NCBI GenBank assembly: GCA_024638705.1
Contig: JAHEJV010000004.1
Coordinates: 1-46,375 of the forward strand
Reading direction: 5' to 3'
DNA: 46,375 nt
Source of the DNA: Deltaproteobacteria bacterium
Lineage (GTDB): Bacteria; Myxococcota_A; UBA9160; SMWR01
Shown here: piece after piece, positions 27,946 to 38,731 of the stretch
How positions within the stretch are numbered: position 1 is the stretch's first letter
Layout of the letters: every line of letters starts with the position of its first letter
Position numbers and translations under genes: made by a program
Notes under the pieces: model-generated
Told to the model about the DNA's origin: nothing
The model's database searches: none
The model's input: the letters and a program-made list of their open reading frames with translations, nothing else

Positions 27946-28538
27946 CGGCTGCCCTCGGTCTGGCGAAGGAGCTGCTCGAGCTCGAAGGCCTGCTCTTCGG
28001 CCGACGCCTCCTCGCCCTCTTCGCCTTCTTCGCCGCCCTCGGGCTCGGCTTCGGTGGGGAAGAGCTCGGCGAGCTCGCTGGTGTCGAGCGCGAAGGTCGT
28101 GCGCTCGACGCGCGCGGGCTCGCCCGCTTCGTCCCATCCGACGACGACGCTGATCCGCTGCACGCGACTCTGTCCGCGGTCGTCGACGAGCATCGTCTCG
28201 AGGGGCTCCGTGTCGTCGCGCCGGATCTCGTCGCGCAGCGCGCCCGGCAGCATCGCCATCACGTCTTCGGGCTGCACCTCGATCGCGATGATGTAGGGGG
28301 CCGACTCCTTCTCGGTGACGCCGTTCTCGAGCGGCTCGATCTGGATCAGGCTCTCGAGCAGCGCGAGCTCGCGGTCGGCGATCAGCGCGGCTTCGGCCTT
28401 CCTGCGGTCGAGCCCCTCGGAGCGGAGTCCGACGAGGGCGACGCGCGCGAGCATCGTGAAGACGAGGCCGAAGATCAGCACCGCCGCGAGCACTTCGATC
28501 AGCGTGAAGCCCCGTCGGTTGTGCCGACTAACTGCCAT
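27942..28538 (-). CDS. gspI: Type II secretion minor pseudopilin I
   Basis: Prepilin motif RGFTLIEVL; position between gspH and gspJ. Confidence 0.8.
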   Translation of the reverse strand: MAVSRHNRRGFTLIEVLAAVLIFGLVFTMLARVALVGLRSEGLDRRKAEAALIADRELALLESLIQIEPLENGVTEKESAPYIIAIEVQPEDVMAMLPGALRDEIRRDDTEPLETMLVDDRGQSRVQRISVVVGWDEAGEPARVERTTFALDTSELAELFPTEAEPEGGEEGEEGEEASAEEQAFELEQLLRQTEGSR

Positions 28539-29094
28539 CGCGGACGCGGACGCGCTCGTCCAGCGGATGGACGTCGAGCGCAATGCGATTTCCCGCCGGA
28601 TCCTCGAGGTAGATCTCGGTGTAGTTCGCGCTGCCGTCGCGCTCGAAGTCGACGCTCGCCTCGCCGCGCGAGATCCAGCCGCCGGGTGTTTCGAGGCCCT
28701 CGAAGAAGAACGGGTGCTTGACGATCTGAAGCTTTCCGAAGTTGCCCGGGATCGGCCGGTAGGCGATCTCGGCGGCGCGCGGCGCTTCGAGCGAGAGCGG
28801 CGAGTTGCCGCGCAGGTCGGGATCGGCGAGACCGGGGTCGACGGCGTCGGGATCGGATTGCAGCCACTCAAGCCGGAACTCGGCCTCGTCGAGCTCCATC
28901 CACATGCGGTGCGGGATTCCGGTGACGATCGCGCGTTGACGCGCGAGCTCGAGCTGACCGGCGATCTGCTCGGCCTCCGCGCGCAGGGCGCGCACCTGGA
29001 CGCCGGCGAGGTTCGGGATCACGAAGGACGCGACCAGGGCGAGAATCGCCGCGACGGCGAGGATCTCGATGAGGGTGAAGCCCTGCTTCCGCAT
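28528..29094 (-). CDS. gspH: Type II secretion minor pseudopilin H
   Basis: QGFTLIEIL, LELARQRAI; follows gspG. Confidence 0.82.
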   Translation of the reverse strand: MRKQGFTLIEILAVAAILALVASFVIPNLAGVQVRALRAEAEQIAGQLELARQRAIVTGIPHRMWMELDEAEFRLEWLQSDPDAVDPGLADPDLRGNSPLSLEAPRAAEIAYRPIPGNFGKLQIVKHPFFFEGLETPGGWISRGEASVDFERDGSANYTEIYLEDPAGNRIALDVHPLDERVRVRDGS

Positions 29095-29118
29095 CCGGAT
29101 GGCGCGCCGCGCGGCGAG

Positions 29119-29589
29119 CTAGCTGTCCAGGGCGTCGTCTTCCGCCCAGTTTCCGAAGTCGGCGTCGACGCCTTCGCCGCCCGGCGACCCGTCGGCGCCG
29201 AAGGACCACAGGTCGTATGCGCCGCGGTTGTGTTGTCCGGGCGACTCGTACTGATAGGGGTTGCCCCAGGGATCTTCCGGGATATGGCGCTCGCGCAGGT
29301 AGCTCTGCTGGCTGCGCGCCTCGGGCGGGGGCGAGATCAGCGCGCGCAGGCCCTGCTCGGTGGTGGGGAAGCGCGAGTTGTCCATGCGGTAGGTCTCGAG
29401 CGCACCGTCGAGCATCTTGATCTGGGTCTTCGCGGTGCTGACGCGCGCCTGCTCGATGCGCGGGATGATCGCGACACCGACGAGCGTGCTGAGCAGGCCG
29501 ATGATCAGCACGACCGCCATGATCTCGATGAGCGTGAACCCGTCTTCGCGGACGAGGAGCCGAGAGGCCTTCTGATTCTTCTCTCGCAT
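29119..29589 (-). CDS. gspG: Type II secretion major pseudopilin G
   Basis: GFTLIEIMAVV, FPTTEQGLRAL, DPWGNPYQY, SFGADG..GGEG. Confidence 0.95.
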   Translation of the reverse strand: MREKNQKASRLLVREDGFTLIEIMAVVLIIGLLSTLVGVAIIPRIEQARVSTAKTQIKMLDGALETYRMDNSRFPTTEQGLRALISPPPEARSQQSYLRERHIPEDPWGNPYQYESPGQHNRGAYDLWSFGADGSPGGEGVDADFGNWAEDDALDS

Positions 29590-29606
29590 CTTCTTCTCCT
29601 TCGGAA

Positions 29607-30842
29607 CTAGCCGAGCGAGGTCGTGACCTGCAGCAGGGGCACGAGCGTCGCCAGGATGATGACCAGGACGATCCCGACCATCACGAGGATCAGGACCGGT
29701 TCGAGCAGGGCGGTGAAGCGGCTGACCGTCGTCTCGACCTGCTCTTCGTAGGTGTCGGACACCTTCGTGAGCATCGATTCGAGCTCGCCACTCTGTTCGC
29801 CGACCTCGATCATGTGGGTGACCATCGGGGGAAACTCCCCGCTCGCCTTGAGCGGGGCTGCCACGCTCGCACCTTCGGTGATGCTGGTGCGGGCCGCCGC
29901 GATGGCTTCGGCGATCACCGTGTTGCCGGCAACCTGCCCGGCCGTTTCGAGCGCCCGGGTAATCGGCAGACCTCCCGAGAGTAGCGTGGAGAGAGTGCGC
30001 GCGAAGCGCGAGATCGCGATCGTGCGGACGAGCCGTCCGACCAGAGGAAGCCGCAGACGCACGCGGTCGTAGGTGGCGCGGCCGCGCTCGGTGCGGATCA
30101 CCATCCGGAACGCGGTGACGAAGGCGACGCCCACGAGGATGACCGCCCACCAGAAGTCGCGCATGAAGTTGGAGAGCGAGATGATCCAGCGCGTGTAGAA
30201 GGGCAGCTCCTGGTTGAGACTCGCGAGCAGCTCGGTGATCTGCGGCAGCACGACGGTGACCAGGGCGCCGACCACGACGCAAGCGAACAGGAACATCACC
30301 GTCGGGTAGATGAGGATCGAGCTGACCTTGTTGCGCAGCCGGACCTGGCTCTCGAGGTAGTCGGCGAGCCGGTCGAGGACGGTTTCGAGCGCGCCGCCGG
30401 CCTCGCCCGCGCGGACCATGCCGACATAGAGGTCGGGAAAGATCCCGCCGCCGGCGGCCATCGCGTCGGCGAGCGCCGAGCCTTCGTTCACGCGGTCGCG
30501 CACCTGGCCGAGCACGTTCTTGAGGCGCGCGTTCTCCACCTGATCGGTGAGGGCGCGTAGGGCGGACACGAGGGGGATGCCTGCGCCGACGAGCGTCGCG
30601 AGCTGTCGCGTCATCAGCGCGAGATCGAGCGGCGAGACGCGTTGGAATGTCGGAAGGGACACCGAGAAGCGGCTCGCTCCCGGCGCCGCGGCAACGGCGT
30701 CGCGCCGGCCCTCCTCGAGCTCGGTGAGGAACACGCCGTCGCGACGCAGGCGTGCGCGCGCTGCGCGGGAGCTCTCGGCGTCGAGATGGCCGCGGGTCTT
30801 CTTCCCCGCTTTCGTGACGCCCTTGTACGCGTAGACCGGCAC
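29607..30842 (-). CDS. gspF: Type II secretion inner-membrane platform protein F
   Basis: TRQLATLVGAGIPL, AGEAGGAL, VGEQSGEL, LLEP. Confidence 0.95.
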   Translation of the reverse strand: MPVYAYKGVTKAGKKTRGHLDAESSRAARARLRRDGVFLTELEEGRRDAVAAAPGASRFSVSLPTFQRVSPLDLALMTRQLATLVGAGIPLVSALRALTDQVENARLKNVLGQVRDRVNEGSALADAMAAGGGIFPDLYVGMVRAGEAGGALETVLDRLADYLESQVRLRNKVSSILIYPTVMFLFACVVVGALVTVVLPQITELLASLNQELPFYTRWIISLSNFMRDFWWAVILVGVAFVTAFRMVIRTERGRATYDRVRLRLPLVGRLVRTIAISRFARTLSTLLSGGLPITRALETAGQVAGNTVIAEAIAAARTSITEGASVAAPLKASGEFPPMVTHMIEVGEQSGELESMLTKVSDTYEEQVETTVSRFTALLEPVLILVMVGIVLVIILATLVPLLQVTTSLG

Positions 30843-30851
30843 CCGAATCCC

Positions 30852-32615
30852 TTAGATCTGGGCGACCGCGCCCTGTTCTTCGGTGGCGCGCAGCACCTCG
30901 GCGACTGATGTCTTCCCGGCGAGCACCTTGCGCGCTCCGTCGGAGCGCAGCGGGTGCATGCCTGCGCGGATGGCCGCGCTCTTGATCGTCTTCGAGTCGA
31001 TGTTCTGGCTGACCAGCGAGCGCACGTCGTCGTCGATCTGCATCAGCTCGAAGATGCCGAGCCGACCGCGATAGCCGGCGTAGTTGCAGCCCGCGCAACC
31101 CTCGGGCCGGTAGAGGCGCACCGGGCGACCCGGTGCACGGATGCCGAGCTCGGCGAGCTCTTCGTCGGTGGCCTCGTACGGCGTCTTGCAATCGGGGCAG
31201 AGCACGCGCACGAGGCGCTGAGCGAGCACCGCGACCAACGACGAGCCGACCAGGAAGGGCTCGACGCCCATGTCGACCAGACGCGTGATCGCGCTCGGCG
31301 CGTCGTTGGTGTGGAGCGTCGAGAACACGAGGTGGCCGGTGAGCGATGCCTGAATCGCGATCTCGGCGGTCTCGAGGTCGCGGATCTCGCCCACGAGGAT
31401 CACGTTCGGGTCCTGGCGCAGGATCGACCGCAGCCCGCTCGCGAAGGTGAGGCCTACTTTCGAATTGACCTCGATCTGGCCGATGCCGGCGAGCTGGATC
31501 TCGACCGGGTCCTCGATCGTGATGATGTTCTTGTCCGTGGCATTGATGCGAGACAGCGCGCCGTAGAGCGTCGTCGTCTTGCCGGAGCCGGTCGGTCCGG
31601 TGACGAGCACGATGCCGTTGGGCCGCGTGATCAGCTTCTGCATCGTTGCGAGCTGCTGTTCGTCGAAGCCGAGCGTGGTGAGGTCGAGGAGTTCCTGCGT
31701 GCGCGGCAGCAGGCGCATCACGACGCGCTCGCCGTAGGCGACGGGCAGGGTGGACAGACGCACGTCGTAGTCGCGGCCGGCGATCTTCAGGCGGATGCGA
31801 CCATCCTGGGGCAGCCGCTTCTCGGCGATGTTCAGGTGCCCCATGATCTTGATGCGTGAGACGATGCTCGCCTGGAGGGCCTTCGGCAGCGGCTTGATCG
31901 GCTCGTAGAGCACGTTGTCGATGCGGAAGCGCACGCGCAGCTCGTTCTCGAACGGCTCGAGGTGGAGGTCGCTGGCGCGCTCCTTCACCGCGTTGTGCAG
32001 GAGCGAGTTGACGAGCTTGATGATCGGGGCGTCGTCCTCGCCCGACTCGAGCAGGTCCTGCGGCTCGGAGCTGATCTCGCTCGCGAGCATCGAGAGGTCT
32101 TCGGCGGCGTCCTCGGCGAGGGCGTCGGTGGAGCCCGGGCCGCGGTCGTAGGCCTCGTTGATCGCGCCGAGGATCGTGCGCTGGGTGGCGAGCTCGATCA
32201 CGATGTCCGCGCCGTCGAAGAGCAGGCGCAGGTCGTCGAGCGGGCCCGTGTCGAGCGGATCGGTGACGGCGACGCGGATGGCGCCGCCGGCTTCCCGTGA
32301 CAGCGGCAGGACGCCGTGGTCCTTTGCGAAGGCGATCGGCAGCTGTTCGATCAGGCTCTCATCGACGTCGCCGTGGTGGATCTGGGCGCGGACGGGGAGG
32401 CCGAGCTGCTCGGAGAGCGCGCCGAGCAGCTGGTCGGCGGAAACGAAGCCGCGCGAGACGAGAGCGTCGGACAGGCGTCCGCCGGACTCGCGGTGGGCCT
32501 CGTGGGCGATCTCGAGCTGCTCCTCGGTGAGCGACGTGGTCCGCAGCAGGATCTCGCCGAGGTCCCGCGGTGCGGGCGGCCGATGGGCTGCGACCGGATC
32601 GACGTGTGTGCTCAT
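30852..32615 (-). CDS. gspE: Type II secretion ATPase E with N-terminal MshEN-like domain
   Basis: Walker A GPTGSGKTT, LRQDPNVILVGEIRD, TGHLVFSTLHTND, CxxC...CxxC. ATG 32615 with a G-rich RBS. Confidence 0.95.
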   Translation of the reverse strand: MSTHVDPVAAHRPPAPRDLGEILLRTTSLTEEQLEIAHEAHRESGGRLSDALVSRGFVSADQLLGALSEQLGLPVRAQIHHGDVDESLIEQLPIAFAKDHGVLPLSREAGGAIRVAVTDPLDTGPLDDLRLLFDGADIVIELATQRTILGAINEAYDRGPGSTDALAEDAAEDLSMLASEISSEPQDLLESGEDDAPIIKLVNSLLHNAVKERASDLHLEPFENELRVRFRIDNVLYEPIKPLPKALQASIVSRIKIMGHLNIAEKRLPQDGRIRLKIAGRDYDVRLSTLPVAYGERVVMRLLPRTQELLDLTTLGFDEQQLATMQKLITRPNGIVLVTGPTGSGKTTTLYGALSRINATDKNIITIEDPVEIQLAGIGQIEVNSKVGLTFASGLRSILRQDPNVILVGEIRDLETAEIAIQASLTGHLVFSTLHTNDAPSAITRLVDMGVEPFLVGSSLVAVLAQRLVRVLCPDCKTPYEATDEELAELGIRAPGRPVRLYRPEGCAGCNYAGYRGRLGIFELMQIDDDVRSLVSQNIDSKTIKSAAIRAGMHPLRSDGARKVLAGKTSVAEVLRATEEQGAVAQI

Positions 32616-32643
32616 GTGTTCCCCCCGTTTCCCGACGCCGCGA

Positions 32644-35139
32644 TCACTCGCTTTCCTCACCTTCGAGGACCAGGATCGACGGCGCCAGGCCGTGCGAACG
32701 CTGCACCGCCTCGCCGACGGCGTTCGCGTGGTCGAGGGTTTCGTAGGGCCCGAGATGGATCTCGTAGATCACGCTGTCGCCGACCCGGGCGGAGACGAGC
32801 GTGCCGTCGTGGCCGGAGTCGATCAGGTCGGTCAGCAGGCTCGCGGCCGCGTCGGGGTCGCCGAGGATCGCGGCCTGGAGGACGTAGCGATCGGCGGCGG
32901 CCCTGGCGCCGGCCTCGGCGGCGCGCTGGGCTTCGGTGATCGCGCGGATCTCGCTCATCCGCTCGTTCGGATAGCGCGCACGATGGGCGGCGACACGCTC
33001 GCGGATCGGCTTGCCGTGGTGTTCTGGCGTGTAGGGCAGGCCCTGTTCCTCGGCGAGGGCGAGACGCTGGGCCTCGACCTCGAGATCGCGCTCGGAGAGC
33101 TCGAGCGCGCGACCCGAACGCTCGCGGAACTCCTCGCGGCGGCGGATCGTATCGCCCTCGAGGTCGATCGGCGTGCGCACGATGCGCGGCGTCAGGAACA
33201 CCAGCAGGTTGGTCTTGCGCGTGCTCGTCGACGTCGACTTGAAGAGCCAGCCGAAGAACGGGATGTCGCCGAGCCACGGGACCTTCGTCTCGCTATCGGT
33301 TACCTGGTCCGATAGCAGGCCGCCGATGACGACCGTCTCGCCGTCCTGCACGACGACCGTGTTCTCGACGCGGCGGTTCGAGAGCGCGACGCCGACGTCC
33401 TCCTGGTTGCCGACGCCTTCCTGGAGGCTGCTGTTGATCGCGGTGATCTCCTGGAAGATCTCGAGGCGCAGGCTGTTGCCCTCGGTGATCTGCGGGGTCA
33501 CGCGCAACGTCACGCCGATGTCCTGGCGTTCGACGTTCACCGACGACGAGAGCCCGGTCTCCTGGCCCGCCGCCGATTCGACACGGCTGCTGATGATCGG
33601 GATGTTGTCGCCGACGCGGATCTCGGCCTCTTCGTTGTCGCTGGTGAGGATGTGCGGCGCCGACACGATGTTGATGTCGCCGTTGCTCGCCGACAGGTCG
33701 ATGATCGAGTTGATGATCGAGCCGCTGCCGACGCGGTTGCCCGATGCGTCGAGGTCGCGCGTGTCGCGGAACACCTGACCGAGGAGCGGCACCGACGCGC
33801 TCGTCAGGGGCACACCCGTCGCCGCCGTGGCCGCCGAGGTGGCGGACGCGACGAGCAGGTTCGTGTCGCCGTTGATCGCGCCGAGCAGGCCCGTGATCCC
33901 GATGTTCTCGGCGTCGTTGACCGTGAGCTCCATGATCAGCGCTTCGACGGACACCTGCGGGCGCTCGACGTCGAGCTTCTCGATCACCTGCGCGAGGGTG
34001 TTGAAGCCCTCCTGGCTCGCCTGGATGATCAGCGAGTTCGTCGCCGGGTCGGCGCTGACGCTGATGCCGCCCGCCAGTCCGGTGACGGCGCTGCGGATCG
34101 CCGGCGTCGCCTGGGCGGCCGCGGCGCCGCCTGCCGCCGTGGTCACCGACGAGCTCCGCCCGCCTCCGATCAGGCCCGACAGCGTGTCGGCGAGCTCTTC
34201 GGCATTCGCGTTGTTCAGGTAGTAGACGTGGATGCGGCCGCCGCCCTGGACGGGGATGTCGAGCTTCGCGACGAGCCGGCGCACTTCTCCGAGCTGGGCG
34301 CGCGGAGCGAGCACCAGCAACGAGTTGGTGCGCTCGTCGGTGAGGATGCGGACGGGCGGCTTGTTCGCAGCCGCCGGGGTTTCCGTGTTGGCCCCGGAGC
34401 GCCGCCGCGTCGAGCGCCGCGTCGTGCGCGTCGTCTCGGTCACCTGTGCGCCGTAGATCTCCGACACCTGCTCCGCGAGCGTAGTGGCGTCGGCGTACTC
34501 GATGTTGATGACGGCGAGCTCTTCCTTGTAGGTCTCGACGTCGATCGACTCGAGGATCGCGATCAACCGACGGATGTTCGAGGCGGACTCGGTGAGGATG
34601 ACCGTGTTGGTCGGGGCGTAGGCCGCCATCGCCGCGTCCTTCGAAACCAGCGGCTTGAGCGTGTTGACGATCGAGTCGGCGTCGATGTAGTTGAGCGGAA
34701 TCAGGCGGGTGACGAAGCGGTCGCGATTCGGCGGACGGCGTGAGCTGATCACCGTCTCGATGCTCGACTCCTTCGCCTCGCGCACCGGCACCACCTTGAT
34801 GGCGCCGCCCGGAGTCGTGACCGTCGTGAAGCCCTTCACCTGGAGCACCGACTCGAACACGGCGTAGGCCTGTTCGATCGGGATCGGTTCGGGGGAGACG
34901 ATCGTCACGCGGCCTCGCACGCGGTCGTCGTAGATGAAGTTCCGGTTCGTGGCGCGCGCGATCGTCTCGATCACCTGGGCGAGCTCGGCGTCCTGGAAAT
35001 CGAGCGTGACCATCGTCGTTTCGTCGTAGTCCGCCTGCTGTGCGGCGGCGGGGACGGCGAGTCCGACAGCGAACGCGAGGACCGCGGCGAACGCGAGTGT
35101 GCGCGGCGCCCGGAGGTGCGAGATGGAAGTGGTGATCAC
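32644..35139 (-). CDS. gspD: Type II secretion secretin D with C-terminal SPOR-like domain
   Basis: N0-N3 domains (DERTNSL, DPATNSL), secretin core, KVPWLGDIPFFGWLF, LLVFLTPRIV, then an extra ~180 aa. Confidence 0.93.
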   Translation of the reverse strand: MITTSISHLRAPRTLAFAAVLAFAVGLAVPAAAQQADYDETTMVTLDFQDAELAQVIETIARATNRNFIYDDRVRGRVTIVSPEPIPIEQAYAVFESVLQVKGFTTVTTPGGAIKVVPVREAKESSIETVISSRRPPNRDRFVTRLIPLNYIDADSIVNTLKPLVSKDAAMAAYAPTNTVILTESASNIRRLIAILESIDVETYKEELAVINIEYADATTLAEQVSEIYGAQVTETTRTTRRSTRRRSGANTETPAAANKPPVRILTDERTNSLLVLAPRAQLGEVRRLVAKLDIPVQGGGRIHVYYLNNANAEELADTLSGLIGGGRSSSVTTAAGGAAAAQATPAIRSAVTGLAGGISVSADPATNSLIIQASQEGFNTLAQVIEKLDVERPQVSVEALIMELTVNDAENIGITGLLGAINGDTNLLVASATSAATAATGVPLTSASVPLLGQVFRDTRDLDASGNRVGSGSIINSIIDLSASNGDINIVSAPHILTSDNEEAEIRVGDNIPIISSRVESAAGQETGLSSSVNVERQDIGVTLRVTPQITEGNSLRLEIFQEITAINSSLQEGVGNQEDVGVALSNRRVENTVVVQDGETVVIGGLLSDQVTDSETKVPWLGDIPFFGWLFKSTSTSTRKTNLLVFLTPRIVRTPIDLEGDTIRRREEFRERSGRALELSERDLEVEAQRLALAEEQGLPYTPEHHGKPIRERVAAHRARYPNERMSEIRAITEAQRAAEAGARAAADRYVLQAAILGDPDAAASLLTDLIDSGHDGTLVSARVGDSVIYEIHLGPYETLDHANAVGEAVQRSHGLAPSILVLEGEESE

Positions 35140-35157
35140 GTTCGGGTCAGTCCCTCG

Positions 35158-36054
35158 TCAGTCCCTCGGTACGAAGGTGCGTTGGGTTTGCGCGCCACTG
35201 GCGTCCAGGATCGTGAGGTCGAACTGATCGGCTTCGGCGAACTCCTGGAAGATCTTCACGCTCTGGTCGGGCGAGTCGATCGAGATCCCGTTGAACTCGG
35301 TGATCACGTCGCCGTCGTTCAGCCCGATTTCCTCGAAGAGGCTGCCGGACTTGATGGAGTTCACCTGCAAGCCGACCATTTCGCCGCCTTCGAACTTCGG
35401 CAGCACGCGCGCCTGCGACAGCAGGTTGCTCGGATTGCGCAGCGTGTCCTCGAGATCGCGCCGCGACACGTCGAAGGCGCCGCTCTCGTTGCGCGACACG
35501 CGGGGGGTCCGATCGCGCGACGCGCGCTGCCTCGGAGTCCGCGCCTTGCGGCGGACCGAGGGCTTGCTCGACGAGCCTTCCTCGTCGAGGGTCAGTTCGC
35601 GCGGCGCGCCGTTCTCGGTGAGCACGACGCGGCGTCGCTCGATGCGCGTGACGAGCGCCTTCCCCTTGATCTGGTCGCCGACCGCGACGACGAGCGTCTC
35701 GTTCTTCTCGCGATCCTGGAGCGTCGCGCGGGAGCGGTCGGGATCGGACGCGGCGAAGGTGCCGAGCAGCTTCACCGGGAGCTTCGACTTCTCGAGGTCT
35801 TCCTCTTCCTGCGTGGCTTCGGCGACGGCCGTCGCGCTTCTCGTGCTCGAGTTGAAGAGGTTGCGCTGGAGGATGACCTGGCGCTCGGACCAGGTGCGCT
35901 GCCGCGTCGGCGGGGCCGTCGTCACGACGGCGGTCGCCGCCGGCGACGGAGCCAACACCGTTGCGGCGATCACCTCGTTGACCGTGTCGGCCGCGAGGAA
36001 ACAGCCCAGCGCGAACAAGAGCACGTTCGCGGTCCAGGTCATCACAGAACCCAT
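35158..36054 (-). CDS. gspC: Type II secretion protein C with PDZ domain
   Basis: TM, RNLF, KLLGT, IERRRVVL, PDZ motif IGLNDGDVITEFNG. Confidence 0.9.
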   Translation of the reverse strand: MGSVMTWTANVLLFALGCFLAADTVNEVIAATVLAPSPAATAVVTTAPPTRQRTWSERQVILQRNLFNSSTRSATAVAEATQEEEDLEKSKLPVKLLGTFAASDPDRSRATLQDREKNETLVVAVGDQIKGKALVTRIERRRVVLTENGAPRELTLDEEGSSSKPSVRRKARTPRQRASRDRTPRVSRNESGAFDVSRRDLEDTLRNPSNLLSQARVLPKFEGGEMVGLQVNSIKSGSLFEEIGLNDGDVITEFNGISIDSPDQSVKIFQEFAEADQFDLTILDASGAQTQRTFVPRD

Positions 36055-36378
36055 ACTCGTGGCTCGTTCGCTCCCGTGCAGGAACAGCCAAGGCGATGCT
36101 GCCGCGCACCAGGGCCGGCCAGGATTCGGCCAGTATACCCAGGCGTTCCTGCGTTGCTCAAGAGATTCCCCGTGAATACAAGGAGTTAGGACACCGATCC
36201 CCGTATCGGCTGCACGCTCCCGCGCCCTTACTGACCCAGATCACCGAATCGGCGTTCCGCGATCCACGACATTTCCCCTGGGAAATCGGCGCAGGCGGTT
36301 GACAGGGAGGGCCTCCGGCCGAGGTTTGGCCCCATCGCGTCGCCAGCGACGGAGCGTGGCGACCCAGGAGAGGATTTC

Positions 36379-38289
<1,911 letters not shown>

Positions 38290-38311
38290 GGCGCAGGACG
38301 GCGGGGGGACG

Positions 38312-38719
38312 GTGAGCGTCCGGAGCCCGAAACGGGGCGACCCGAGCCCGAGCGGACGGCACTTCGGCGAGTTCTCCGAGCGACTCCTCGGCGACCACTG
38401 GCAGCCGGACGTCGACGTCTTCGAGACCGCGGAGGCGTTCGTCGTCCGCGCCGAGCTGGCAGGCGTCCGTCGCGGTGAGCTGCGCGTCACGGTCGACGGC
38501 GACCGGCTGCGGATCCGCGGCATGCGCGACGGCGAGGGCCAGCGCGCGGTCCGCCTCCACCAGATGGAGATCGCGACGGGTCCTTTCGAGCGCAGTCTGC
38601 GCATCCCCGAGGACGTCGACCGCGACCGCGTCACCGCGCATCTCGAGGACGGCCTCCTCACCGTCACGCTCGCAAAACGCTCGACGGGACACCGCAGCGT
38701 CCCCGTCGAGCGGCAGTAA
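38312..38719 (+). CDS. Hsp20/alpha-crystallin small heat-shock protein
   Basis: PDVDVFET, AELAGV, GPFERSL, A.LEDGLLTVTL. Confidence 0.88.
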   Translation: MSVRSPKRGDPSPSGRHFGEFSERLLGDHWQPDVDVFETAEAFVVRAELAGVRRGELRVTVDGDRLRIRGMRDGEGQRAVRLHQMEIATGPFERSLRIPEDVDRDRVTAHLEDGLLTVTLAKRSTGHRSVPVERQ

Positions 38720-38731
38720 GGAAAGAGCGCC

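Noticed and set aside
22956-36054. Type IV pilus cluster
   Set aside because: The order gspC-D-E-F-G-H-I-J-K-L-M-N with GspG, GspK, GspC and GspN signatures and no PilT indicates a T2SS. The prepilin peptidase is presumably encoded elsewhere.
36299-36335. Sigma32 promoter (TTGACA...CCCCAT) for dnaK
   Set aside because: The spacer is about 25 nt, far longer than the 13-14 nt expected.
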